Sequence record: MT119360.1
Source: Enterococcus phage nattely
Reading direction: 5' to 3' (one strand)
DNA: 64,000 nucleotides
Below, piece by piece: positions 9,124 to 18,187 of the stretch (positions within the stretch are counted from its first letter, which is position 1; every line of letters begins with the position of its first letter). The translations under genes and the position numbers were made by a program. The notes under the pieces were generated by a model. It had not been told where the DNA came from. It saw only the letters and a program-made list of their open reading frames with translations, and searched no databases.

Positions 9124-9327
9124 ATGCTAACACTACTTATAATTTTGACAATTATTTTAAATTTTGTTCAACGTAATAATATTAAAAAATTAATTGAAAA
9201 AGATGATGCAGCTGCAAAAATGGAATTAGTTAAATTAGGACGCCGTGGATGTTTTATCACGAAAAAGAACAAGAATATGGTATTTAACTATTTAGCTGAA
9301 AAGAATTTAGAAGTAAATAACTTTTAA
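9124..9327 (+). CDS. Small membrane protein
   Basis: Hydrophobic N-terminus MLTLLIILTIILNF. ATG at 9124 after RBS AGAAGAG. Confidence 0.4.
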   Translation: MLTLLIILTIILNFVQRNNIKKLIEKDDAAAKMELVKLGRRGCFITKKNKNMVFNYLAEKNLEVNNF

Positions 9328-9345
9328 TTAGAAAGGGAAAATAAC

Positions 9346-9558
9346 ATGACAGAAAAGATGATTAATTGCGAATATGATGATAAATTTTTCATTAATAAAA
9401 GTATAAATTTAGGTGGAGAATATGTTGCTCAATTTCAAATGACAGAAAGTGATGGAAATTGTTATGTCGATCAAGTTAGCCTTAATAAGGAAGCATGTAT
9501 TGATTTAGTTAAATTTTTAAAAAAGGAAATGGAGATAAAAGATGAAGAATTGGTATGA
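9346..9558 (+). CDS. Hypothetical protein
   Basis: ORF with RBS AAGGGAAA. Confidence 0.5.
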   Translation: MTEKMINCEYDDKFFINKSINLGGEYVAQFQMTESDGNCYVDQVSLNKEACIDLVKFLKKEMEIKDEELV

Positions 9559-9952
9559 GGAAAATGATATTTTAATGTCTATTGAAAATAGTCAGAAATA
9601 TATTGTCGCAAAAGCTCCAGATGATGATAATAAATTTTATAAATTAATTCCTTTTAATAGTCGATCTGATTTGAGCAATAAAGAGATTATGCGTTCACAA
9701 TTGAAGATCATTGTTTTACCTAGAGTAGTCCATGGAGAAATGATCATGATTGGTAAAAATGATGATTATTGTCGTATCATTCCGGATCCTCTTAAAGTAA
9801 TTAATGAAAATGGTAAATTCATTCAATTGTCTGTAGATAGAGAAGTCCATGGAAAAATCGAAATAAAAATTGGAAAAGAACGTATCCATTTAGACGAAAA
9901 AGAACTCAATGATTTAATTGATGAAATTGAGGAAATAAAAAAATATCTATAA
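9542..9952 (+). CDS. Hypothetical protein
   Basis: ORF with RBS GGAGATAAAAG. Confidence 0.5.
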   Translation: MKNWYEENDILMSIENSQKYIVAKAPDDDNKFYKLIPFNSRSDLSNKEIMRSQLKIIVLPRVVHGEMIMIGKNDDYCRIIPDPLKVINENGKFIQLSVDREVHGKIEIKIGKERIHLDEKELNDLIDEIEEIKKYL

Positions 9953-9973
9953 AAAGTATTTTAATAAAATAGA

Positions 9974-10010
9974 CCATGGAGTTTACAAATATCCTCAAAT
10001 TTGATATAAT
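9974..10010 (+). promoter_or_regulatory. Promoter with CCATGGAG abutting the -35: CCATGGAG-TTTACA(9982-9987)-N17-TATAAT(10005-10010)
   Basis: Read directly. Same arrangement as at 11434-11472. Confidence 0.55.
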
Positions 10011-10048
10011 ATAAAAATAAACAATAGAAAGAAGAGATGTGTAAAATA

Positions 10049-10597
10049 ATGAATGTAGCAGTTTTTATGGGTTCAAGATTTGGAAAAAATAAAATGCACA
10101 AAATTAATGCTAAAAAATTAGGAAAAATTTTAGCATTAAATGATCATATGTTAATTTATGGTGGTTCTGTTTCAGGATTAATGGGAACAGTAGCAAAATC
10201 TGTTAAAAAATATGATGGAAAAGTAACTGGCGTTTATCCAAAAGGCCATTTTGAAGATGAGAAACCACTTTATGATATTGACTTTTTTATTGAAGTTGAC
10301 AATATGGATGATCGTAAGAGAAAATTGATTGATTTAGCGGATGCTTATGTAATTTTACCTGGCGGAACAGGTACACTTGAGGAATTCGCACAATTACTTT
10401 GTGAAATGATGATTAATATAACTCCATGGAGACCAATTTTTATCCTTAATGAAGATGGTTTCTACAATGGATTAGCTTCACAATTATATACTTTTATTCA
10501 CGAAGGCTTTAGTTATGAAAATGAAAAATTAGCTAAAAATATTTTCATTTGTGATACAGTTGATATTTTACAAGAAAAAATTGAGGGATTATCATGA
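10049..10597 (+). CDS. LOG-family protein (nucleotide 5'-monophosphate N-glycosidase/phosphoribohydrolase-like)
   Basis: YGGSVSGLMG ... ILPGGTGTLEE (PGGxGTxxE signature). Confidence 0.65.
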   Translation: MNVAVFMGSRFGKNKMHKINAKKLGKILALNDHMLIYGGSVSGLMGTVAKSVKKYDGKVTGVYPKGHFEDEKPLYDIDFFIEVDNMDDRKRKLIDLADAYVILPGGTGTLEEFAQLLCEMMINITPWRPIFILNEDGFYNGLASQLYTFIHEGFSYENEKLAKNIFICDTVDILQEKIEGLS

Positions 10598-10782
10598 AAC
10601 AAATTTTAAATGATAGAAAAATACATGTTGAAAGATCATTGTCATTTTTAACCAATATCATACAAATTTATAAAAATAAAGATGATAATGAATCAAAAGA
10701 AAAATTTAAAATTGTAAAATCTTTAATTAAATCATATCAAAAAGAATTAAAAGAAATTAATAGAAAACTGGAGGAAGATTAA
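10594..10782 (+). CDS. Hypothetical protein
   Basis: ORF overlapping the upstream stop by 4 nt. Confidence 0.4.
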   Translation: MKQILNDRKIHVERSLSFLTNIIQIYKNKDDNESKEKFKIVKSLIKSYQKELKEINRKLEED

Positions 10783-10783
10783 G

Positions 10784-11416
10784 TTGACATTATTAGAAAA
10801 AGGTCAAAAAGTTTTTGTAAAAAATAGTTTTAATGGTGGTAAAGAGAAAATTGGTCAAATTGTAGAAATTGATGATCAAGATTCAGAAATGCCATATTTT
10901 GTGCAATATAATGATGGAACAAAATATTGGGAATATGTAGACGAAGTTGAATTATACGATCCACGGCGGAACGTGTATTTAGCCGGACCATTCTTCAGCG
11001 AAAATCAAATTAATATTGTTAATGAACTCCATGGAGCATTAAATGAAAACAAAACTATTAAAAGTGTTTTTGTTCCAATGGAACACCAAATGAATGACGG
11101 AGAATTAGAAGAATTTACAGCTCCTTGGGCTCGAGCAGTTGCAATGAATGATTATGAAAATGTTCGAAATGCAGATATTGTAGTTGCAATTGTCGATTTT
11201 GATGGTCAAGATATGGATAGTGGAACTGCAGCAGAAATTGGATACGCATATGCTATTGGAAAACCAGTTTTCTTGTTTCATAAAGAAAACCACGAAATTA
11301 TGGTTAATTTAATGGTAACAGAGGTTGCTCAAGCATATTTCACAGAATTACAGCAAGTAAAAGATTATAACTTCACTTCTCAGGAAAAAGTTCCTTTCTC
11401 AGGAAATTATCGTTAA
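10784..11416 (+). CDS. Nucleoside 2-deoxyribosyltransferase family protein (NDT / DNPH1-like), with an N-terminal SH3/KOW-like domain
   Basis: YLAGPFF and DSGTAAEIGYAYAIGKPV signatures. TTG start after RBS GGAGGAAG. Confidence 0.6.
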   Translation: MTLLEKGQKVFVKNSFNGGKEKIGQIVEIDDQDSEMPYFVQYNDGTKYWEYVDEVELYDPRRNVYLAGPFFSENQINIVNELHGALNENKTIKSVFVPMEHQMNDGELEEFTAPWARAVAMNDYENVRNADIVVAIVDFDGQDMDSGTAAEIGYAYAIGKPVFLFHKENHEIMVNLMVTEVAQAYFTELQQVKDYNFTSQEKVPFSGNYR

Positions 11417-11433
11417 AAATTAAAAAATATTTG

Positions 11434-11472
11434 CTCCATGGAGTTTACAAAATTCCATGGAGTTGATATAAT
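11434..11472 (+). promoter_or_regulatory. Promoter with two CCATGGAG copies: CTCCATGGAG-TTTACA(11444-11449)-aaatTCCATGGAGttga-TATAAT(11467-11472)
   Basis: Read directly. One palindrome abuts the -35 and a second lies in the spacer. Confidence 0.55.
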
Positions 11473-11506
11473 ATAATTAAATAAATGATTGAAAGAGAGG
11501 AAACTA

Positions 11507-12343
11507 ATGTTGATTACAGCAGCTGGGAAAATTGGAGCTGGAAAAAGTACAATCACTAAATTATTATCAGATGTACTTGAAACAAAAGCAGTATATGAAC
11601 CAATTGAAGAAAATCCACTATTAGAAAAATTTTATGAAGATCGTGGAAAATATGGATTTGTATTTCAAATTGATATGATTAGTCGTCGATTTGAATTAAT
11701 TCAACAAGCACTAATGAAAGATAATTCAGTATTAGATCGTTCTATTTTAGAAGATTCAATTTTTCTTGATCAGTTACATTATGAAGGTTATGTAAATGAT
11801 TTTGAATGGGAAGCATATCATAAATTATTAGATAGAATGATGAAAGAATTAGCGTGTTTACCTAAAAAATTACCAGATTTATTAGTTTATATTGATGTTG
11901 ATTTTGAAACAGAAATTGAACATATTAATAAGCGAGCACGTGAATTTGAAAAAGTAAATAAAGGTGACGAATTATATGAATATTTCAAATTACATTCACA
12001 ATTTTATGATGAATGGATTGAAAATTTTGATTTAACACCTGTTATTAGAATTGATGCAAAACAATATGACTTTGCTAATAATAAAGAAGATCAACAAGAA
12101 GTTTTAGCTCAAATCGTGGCGAAATTAGTTGAAATTCGTGCACTAACATTTAATGAAGCAGTTTTAGCATATTGTAATATTTATGAAGCACAACCAAAAG
12201 ATGTAGCAATTAAATTGTATAATAAAGTGCAAACCCTAATGAATGGCATGCTTGAATACCATAATTTAGCTTTATTATATGATGAAAAATTAGATACAGT
12301 TGAAAAACTGAAAAAACGTATTAAAAACCAAAATAAAAAATAG
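11507..12343 (+). CDS. Deoxynucleoside kinase (dCK/dGK family)
   Basis: P-loop AAGKIGAGKST, YEPIEEN, and DRSILEDSIF (ERS-like) motifs. ATG at 11507 after RBS GAGAGGAAA. Confidence 0.75.
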   Translation: MLITAAGKIGAGKSTITKLLSDVLETKAVYEPIEENPLLEKFYEDRGKYGFVFQIDMISRRFELIQQALMKDNSVLDRSILEDSIFLDQLHYEGYVNDFEWEAYHKLLDRMMKELACLPKKLPDLLVYIDVDFETEIEHINKRAREFEKVNKGDELYEYFKLHSQFYDEWIENFDLTPVIRIDAKQYDFANNKEDQQEVLAQIVAKLVEIRALTFNEAVLAYCNIYEAQPKDVAIKLYNKVQTLMNGMLEYHNLALLYDEKLDTVEKLKKRIKNQNKK

Positions 12344-12364
12344 AAGAAAGTAGGAATTTATTTT

Positions 12365-13120
12365 ATGTTTGCAGCTTTAAAAGGAATTACGAAAAAAGAG
12401 ATTTTAGGAAATATTAAAGAATTATTCACATTACAATATTATAAAGAAGGATTAAGCGGCTGGATGCCAATCACAAAAATTGCATGGTTAATTGGTTTTG
12501 CGATTATCGTTGGTACAGGTGTTCCCCATGGATTCGCAATTACAAATATTATCTCGATTGTTTCAGGATTAATTGGATATACATGTGTTTTAGCAATTAC
12601 TAATGGTAAACGTATTAATGGTTTACTTGGTTTTATTTCAGCAGTTGGTATTGGTGGTATGGCAATTCATGCTGGTAACCCTGCAGATGCTGTTATGCAA
12701 TTAGCATATTTGTTAGCGTTGGATATTCCAGTAATTATCTTTGGTCACCGTTGGACTGCAGCTAAAATCAAAACTTTCGATTTTAATGCTCTAAAAATTA
12801 TTTTAGTAATTGGAATTATTGGTTTTGGATTAATGTACTCAATGGATGCATTTTGGTTACACACTCCACGGCCAATGTTGGATGCATTCGGTGCGACAAT
12901 CGGTTTCATTGGTTCTGGATTAATGTTAGCAAAATATTCAACACAATATTTCTTCTGGAATTTCCAAGGTATTATGAGTTTATTACTATGGGGTGTTACT
13001 GCATACCATGGAGATGCCAACTGGGTATTGTTCGCAACATACGCAATGTATTTAATGAATTCAATGATTGGAGCATTTCATTCTCCATGGGCTGAAGCTC
13101 GTAAAAATAAACATAAATAA
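12365..13120 (+). CDS. pnuC: PnuC-like nucleoside/nicotinamide riboside transporter (7-8 TM)
   Basis: Polytopic membrane protein of about 250 aa. Pattern ISIVSGLIGYTCVLAITNGKRINGL resembles the PnuC core. Lies in the nucleoside-salvage cluster. Confidence 0.45.
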   Translation: MFAALKGITKKEILGNIKELFTLQYYKEGLSGWMPITKIAWLIGFAIIVGTGVPHGFAITNIISIVSGLIGYTCVLAITNGKRINGLLGFISAVGIGGMAIHAGNPADAVMQLAYLLALDIPVIIFGHRWTAAKIKTFDFNALKIILVIGIIGFGLMYSMDAFWLHTPRPMLDAFGATIGFIGSGLMLAKYSTQYFFWNFQGIMSLLLWGVTAYHGDANWVLFATYAMYLMNSMIGAFHSPWAEARKNKHK

Positions 13121-13191
13121 AAAATATAATAATAAGAGAAAAATGTAAAACTCCACGTAATTGTGGAGTTTTTATTGAAAGGAAGAATATT

Positions 13192-13470
13192 ATGGAATTG
13201 AATGAGGGGTTAAGAGACGCGATCGTTTTATTTTTAAATAGTCAAAAATATATTAGTGAAATTGATTTAAATGAAGAAAGAACTGGAGAAAGCGTCATGG
13301 ATGTTATTCATTTTATCAATGGTTTAGGTGATGATGAAGTAGACTTAAGTGAAATGACAACAAATGGTTGGGAATGTGATATTTTTATTCCATTTGAATA
13401 TAATGGAAATAATTTCACGTTATATTTTGAATCTATGTATAATAAAATGAAATTATTTATGGAGGCTTAA
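13192..13470 (+). CDS. Small highly acidic protein (DNA-mimic candidate)
   Basis: About 25% D/E, no motifs. Confidence 0.45.
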   Translation: MELNEGLRDAIVLFLNSQKYISEIDLNEERTGESVMDVIHFINGLGDDEVDLSEMTTNGWECDIFIPFEYNGNNFTLYFESMYNKMKLFMEA

Positions 13471-13473
13471 TAT

Positions 13474-13722
13474 ATGGAAATTAATAGAATCGTGGTTTAT
13501 GGACGCACCAATTGTCCTCAATGTAAAATGACTTGTAAAGTGTTAGAAAAAGAAGGTATTGAATATCGATATATTAACATTGATGAAAATCAACCAGAAA
13601 GATTAAGATTAACACTTTTAGGTTTTCAAACAGTACCAGTTACACGCATTATTTTTGAAAATGGTGAACAAGATCAATATATCACTGGTTTTAGACCAAA
13701 TGAATTGAAAAAATTAAAATAA
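13474..13722 (+). CDS. nrdH: NrdH-like glutaredoxin
   Basis: CPQC redox motif at the N-terminus, thioredoxin-fold length (82 aa), VPV segment. Confidence 0.7.
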   Translation: MEINRIVVYGRTNCPQCKMTCKVLEKEGIEYRYINIDENQPERLRLTLLGFQTVPVTRIIFENGEQDQYITGFRPNELKKLK

Positions 13723-13812
13723 TTAACATGGGGCGTTTACATAACGTCTCTTTTTTGATATAATATAATTATAAAATTATTTCAAGAGAAAAGAAACGTA
13801 GGAGAGATTATA

Positions 13813-14850
13813 ATGGCAGGATACGCAGAAAACACAATGTTTTTTGGTCAAATTGATGGAAAAACATTGAATAGTTTGGGTAAATTAGATAGAAGTGTAA
13901 AAACATTAAAAGACAGATCAAAACAAGTAAATGACATTATTGATTCAACTAATTATTTTGTTGAATATTTATCAAAATATTATAAAGTAAGTATTAATGC
14001 AAATGAAGCAACTAGTGAAGACGTTGATATTTTTAAATATTTAGAAAGAATGGCAACATATTTGTTAAATAGTGATGAATCTATTGCTTTGGATAAAGCT
14101 GAACAAAAAACATATATTTTTCATAATCAAACAATGCAAAAATATTTAGATCGTGAAAAAATTAATGTAAATAACAGTAATGGACAAGAAAATATTGTTG
14201 ACTCCGAAAATGTGGTCCACGCTCTATTAGCAAAAAAACAAAACAGTCGAAAATTAAAAGTTCAAACAATTACAGTTGAGGATTTAAAACGTGACGACAA
14301 AGTTGGCGAAATTTTAAGAGAATATCAATTAATGCTCAATGCCATTGACAAAAAACTTAGTGAACCACAAGATAAAAAATGGGCAATATACACAAGACAA
14401 AAATATTTGGTTAAACAAGATATGGTTGATGCAAAAGATATGTTGCTCGGTGTATGGGGTTACAACACTAATTTTAAAGAATCACATATTCCAGATTTAG
14501 ACATTTTTGATTTTACAGACTTTAAAACAGTTAAATATTTACTAACATTTAATAAGCCAAATGTGTCAGAGAATGAAGACATGTGGTGTGTTTGGCAAGA
14601 CTTTATTGAAACAGTTAAAAAAGCTAATTTAACTCAAGAGGAATTGGAAATTTTTAAGTGTTTACAAGATGGGTGGAAATTACAAGAAATTAGTGATGAG
14701 TTTGGTATTAAATACCATGGACTTTACCAAACAACAATTCCAAGAATCGCTAAAAAGATTATGAAGGTTGGTAACAAATATGATTGTACTGATCCTAAAG
14801 TAAAAGAGAAAATTAATAATCGAAAAGAAAAAGCCAAATCACAAGAGTAG
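13813..14850 (+). CDS. Hypothetical protein with C-terminal sigma-70 region-4-like HTH (possible transcription regulator)
   Basis: The C-terminal LQDGWKLQEISDEFGIKYHGLYQTTIPRIAKKI resembles a sigma region 4 helix-turn-helix. Confidence 0.4.
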   Translation: MAGYAENTMFFGQIDGKTLNSLGKLDRSVKTLKDRSKQVNDIIDSTNYFVEYLSKYYKVSINANEATSEDVDIFKYLERMATYLLNSDESIALDKAEQKTYIFHNQTMQKYLDREKINVNNSNGQENIVDSENVVHALLAKKQNSRKLKVQTITVEDLKRDDKVGEILREYQLMLNAIDKKLSEPQDKKWAIYTRQKYLVKQDMVDAKDMLLGVWGYNTNFKESHIPDLDIFDFTDFKTVKYLLTFNKPNVSENEDMWCVWQDFIETVKKANLTQEELEIFKCLQDGWKLQEISDEFGIKYHGLYQTTIPRIAKKIMKVGNKYDCTDPKVKEKINNRKEKAKSQE

Positions 14851-14879
14851 TTTACAAAACTACTCTTTTTTGATATAAT
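14844..14879 (+). terminator. Fused terminator-promoter unit: AGAGTAG-TTTACAAAA-CTACTCT hairpin (loop is the -35), T-run, then TATAAT at 14874-14879
   Basis: The upstream stop codon sits in the stem. TTTACA is at 14851-14856 and the -10 lies exactly 17 nt downstream. Confidence 0.6.
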
Positions 14880-14909
14880 ATAATTATAAAATTGAAAGGA
14901 AATGGTTTC

Positions 14910-15764
14910 ATGAAATATAATGAATATATTAACGGTTCCGAATGGTTAGAAAAGAGTTCTAGATATTTAGAAATGTATCCAATTTGTGAATTATGTCACA
15001 AATTTCCGTCGACACAAGTTCACCATACTAGTTATGCAAGAATTGGTGAAGAATTACGTAAAGATTTAATGGGAGTTTGTGATCGTTGTCACACGCATTT
15101 GCATTTGTTACCACCAATGATTAAAGATGAAACACGCTTGAAAAAAGCAAATAAATTAATTCGTGATTTTATTAAATATCCTGAAATTAAAACAATCGCA
15201 TTAAATGAATTAATGTTAAAATATTATCCAGGTAAAATTTACATGAAAGAATTAGCAGAAGAAGCTTGTCCAGAAACAGCATTTTTCATGCAAAATGTTA
15301 TGGAAATTTTAGATGCAGATAGTAAAAATCTTAAAGTTGATTTAATTGAAGAATTAACACGTATCGTTTATATGCTAAAAGTTCAAGCGGCAAAAAATGC
15401 TAAAAAGAAAAAAGAAGATGAAAAAATTCGAAAAGAAAAATTTGAAAATGGTGAATTTGATTATCTTTATGATATTGCAGAACAAAGTAAAGCCGAAAAA
15501 GTGAAAGAAAGTACATTGGATGAAATTTTAGAAAATAGACGTAAAAATTTCTGTTTAAATGAATTAAGTTCAAAACCAATTTTGGGAGAAGCAATGCGTT
15601 GGGCAAATAATGAATATTTTAATGGTCAAATGTTCTTTAAGCGTTCCGGAATTGATACTCCAGCTAAATTTTATTTATGTTTATATGAAAAAGGTGCAGC
15701 TGAAGAATTATTCACACATTTAGGTGGTAAGCCAAAAGATTTAGTAGGTGAATTTAATGTTTAA
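14910..15764 (+). CDS. HNH endonuclease domain protein
   Basis: CELCHKF...HH...CDRCHTHLH gives the C-x2-C...H...C-x2-C-H HNH arrangement. ATG at 14910 after RBS GAAAGGAAA. Confidence 0.55.
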   Translation: MKYNEYINGSEWLEKSSRYLEMYPICELCHKFPSTQVHHTSYARIGEELRKDLMGVCDRCHTHLHLLPPMIKDETRLKKANKLIRDFIKYPEIKTIALNELMLKYYPGKIYMKELAEEACPETAFFMQNVMEILDADSKNLKVDLIEELTRIVYMLKVQAAKNAKKKKEDEKIRKEKFENGEFDYLYDIAEQSKAEKVKESTLDEILENRRKNFCLNELSSKPILGEAMRWANNEYFNGQMFFKRSGIDTPAKFYLCLYEKGAAEELFTHLGGKPKDLVGEFNV

Positions 15765-16551
15765 ATCTATTATTAATTTTTTCGAAAGAATTCGGCCTAA
15801 GAATAATCATGAATTAATCATGGAAGCGGAAGTTAACATGATTAATAATAAAATAAGAGAATTAGAAGATGAAATCCAATTAGCTAGTTTTCACTCAAAA
15901 GAACTCAAAGACTCATTTCTTGAATTAAAAAACGATATTGATGGTTTTTCAGAAAAAACCTCAAATAGTGATGTAAATCAAGAGGAAAACGATGATGAAG
16001 AACAATATAAAAGTTTTCCTTCGTTTGAAAGAGGAATTTTGAAAATCTCAATGAATTTGAGTTTAGAATTTATTGACTGCATTAAAAGTGGTTTAACTAA
16101 CTTAAATGGAAAAACCATTTTATATAGTGGAGATATTACAGAAGCAATTTTAAAAAATATCGCACCAAAAGTTGAAGGTTATGATTTATTTAACATAGAG
16201 TTTTTAGACAATGTCTATGAAGGCTCCATGGAGAAAAAAGTTGATTTTTATCTAATTAAAATATTGGATGAATCAATAATTTACGGTGGAGACGTAGAGT
16301 TACAAAGGTATAAAAATTATTTTGGTGGAGTAACTGCAGAAGACATTAAAAAAATATGCAAAATTTTTCGGAGGCATTTAAAAATGATAAAAACAGGTAA
16401 AATTGAAAAAGAAAAAATTGATTTTTCATTGCGTAAAAATGATAAAGGTGAAATTGTGAAAGTGCCTTTAAAAAAGAAAAAAGTTATAAGCCGTCAAGAA
16501 CGAGCTAAAAATAATAAAATTAAAAAAGCTTTGAAAAAACGTAAAAAATAA
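15748..16551 (+). CDS. Hypothetical protein with a lysine-rich basic C-terminal tail
   Basis: ORF. The tail is KKKKVISRQERAKNNKIKKALKKRKK. Confidence 0.45.
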   Translation: MNLMFKSIINFFERIRPKNNHELIMEAEVNMINNKIRELEDEIQLASFHSKELKDSFLELKNDIDGFSEKTSNSDVNQEENDDEEQYKSFPSFERGILKISMNLSLEFIDCIKSGLTNLNGKTILYSGDITEAILKNIAPKVEGYDLFNIEFLDNVYEGSMEKKVDFYLIKILDESIIYGGDVELQRYKNYFGGVTAEDIKKICKIFRRHLKMIKTGKIEKEKIDFSLRKNDKGEIVKVPLKKKKVISRQERAKNNKIKKALKKRKK

Positions 16552-16650
16552 GTTTACAAATTTTAAAATAGTTGATATAATATAAATATAAATAATGATT
16601 AATGAAAATCATTAAAAAATATAAAAGAAAAAGAAAGTAGGAATTTAATT

Positions 16651-17619
16651 ATGGCAGCAAATTCATTGCGAGAAGCGGCAAATGCGATCGAGGTAGTTGG
16701 AACAGTTAAGAAAGTTGAACTTGAAGAAAAAACAAGTCAAAAAACGGGTAAAGAAATGATTATGGGTCACATTTTAGTTGAAGTTAAAGAAAGCGCTGAA
16801 CGTATTCATAATATTAAAGTGAAAGTATTTTCAATGAAGCTTAATAAAAAAGGTGAAGTATCTGGTCTTTATAAAGGTTATAAAACAGTTAAAGATGAAT
16901 GGAAATCTGGTGATCGTGTAAAAATTACGGGTTCAATTGGTTTACAAGAATATTATGCACGTTCTGGAAATTTAGTTTCATTTAATGAAATGAAAGCACT
17001 ATTTTGTAATCGATTAGATGAAGGTGATCAAACACCGGATAAAGCGATTGCGACAGTTGAAATGGTCGTTAAAGGTATGACACCAGAAATTGATGCTGAA
17101 CAAATTCCAACAGGAAACTTGATTGTTGATGCATTTACAGTAGGTTATAATTCAACAATTATTCCATTACAAAACTTAATTATTAATGGTGAATTAGGAC
17201 AACAATTCCAAACTATGTATGCTCCAAATAGTACTGGTAAAATTACAATGAAAATTAATAATTATTCTACAGTAAGTAAAGAAGAAACACCACAAGTGAG
17301 CCATGGTTTCGGCTCAACTGAAGTAGTTGAAGACACAATCGTAAAAGATTATACAAATAATTTAGAAATTATCGGTGGAGATTTACCATATCAAGATGGT
17401 GTTAACAATTACTCAATGGAAGACATTGCACAAGCAGATAAAAATCGCGAGCTTGCATTACAAGAATTACAACAAAATGCTTCGGCAGCACCAACTCCTT
17501 CCGCGTCCGGATTTGGAACAACAGGTGCAACAACAAGTGACCCAATGGCAAGTGCATTTTCAAATGCGCCCGTAAATAATGAAGACCCATTTGCAAATGG
17601 TGGAACACCTGCATTTTAA
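16651..17619 (+). CDS. Putative ssDNA-binding protein (abundant early protein with a Q/A/S-rich linker and acidic DPF-type tail)
   Basis: Strong promoter and the conserved GAAAGTAGGAATTTA initiation context. The C-terminus NNEDPFANGGTPAF resembles SSB acidic tails. No OB-fold motif was verified. Confidence 0.35.
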   Translation: MAANSLREAANAIEVVGTVKKVELEEKTSQKTGKEMIMGHILVEVKESAERIHNIKVKVFSMKLNKKGEVSGLYKGYKTVKDEWKSGDRVKITGSIGLQEYYARSGNLVSFNEMKALFCNRLDEGDQTPDKAIATVEMVVKGMTPEIDAEQIPTGNLIVDAFTVGYNSTIIPLQNLIINGELGQQFQTMYAPNSTGKITMKINNYSTVSKEETPQVSHGFGSTEVVEDTIVKDYTNNLEIIGGDLPYQDGVNNYSMEDIAQADKNRELALQELQQNASAAPTPSASGFGTTGATTSDPMASAFSNAPVNNEDPFANGGTPAF

Positions 17620-17652
17620 TAAATAGACAACACTTCGGTGCTCATGTCGATT

Positions 17653-17686
17653 CTAGAGGAGATGAGTCTCCTCTAGTGATTTTTTC
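17653..17686 (+). terminator. Rho-independent terminator (CTAGAGGAG-atgagt-CTCCTCTAG plus T-run)
   Basis: Perfect 9-bp stem followed by tgattttttc. Confidence 0.65.
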
Positions 17687-17704
17687 AAAAAAGGAGAAAT
17701 ATAC

Positions 17705-18187
17705 ATGGAAAACAAACAAGAATTAACTTTGGAAGAATCATTAAAAAACTTTATTAAAGAAACAAAAATGTCTATTGTTGATAAAGTTGAAGATGCACAA
17801 ACCGATTTAGAAAAAGTTATTATTTTAGAACAAACATATAATGTTATGGTAACACAAGCTGAAGCTTTTATAAAAATTTGTGATTTTACTCAAACATTAC
17901 GTGATGATATTAATAAAAAAAATAAATCACTAGGTGAAAGAAATAATTTAATGGGAATGGTAGAAGTTGGATTATTTACAATGACAGATAATTCTAATAA
18001 TGTTATCGCGGACCCAGAATCACCTTGTTTTGAACAAATTGATTGGGATGCATTAGAAATTCCTTTTGTAAAACGTTTAGCTAATAAATTTATTGAAAAA
18101 TTAGCAGAAAAAGTTGATGGTAATGATTTATTAAATCGTGAAATCACTAGTGATGATATTAATTTAATTGATTGGAGTAAATTTTAA
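17705..18187 (+). CDS. Hypothetical protein
   Basis: ORF with RBS AAGGAGAAA. Confidence 0.5.
   Translation: MENKQELTLEESLKNFIKETKMSIVDKVEDAQTDLEKVIILEQTYNVMVTQAEAFIKICDFTQTLRDDINKKNKSLGERNNLMGMVEVGLFTMTDNSNNVIADPESPCFEQIDWDALEIPFVKRLANKFIEKLAEKVDGNDLLNREITSDDINLIDWSKF

Noticed and set aside
11489-11506. Upstream ATG starts that extend ORFs into promoter/RBS sequence (11489, 47388, 9088, 10037, 14892, 30611, 48107, 36110, 36336)
   Set aside because: The extensions translate the -10 box, leader or RBS. Downstream ATGs have properly spaced AGGAG-like sites. Starts were trimmed accordingly.
17375-17614. Alternative-frame ORFs over the 3' end of the SSB-like gene
   Set aside because: These are frame-shadow ORFs across the low-complexity Q/A/S/T-coding tail and have no start signals.
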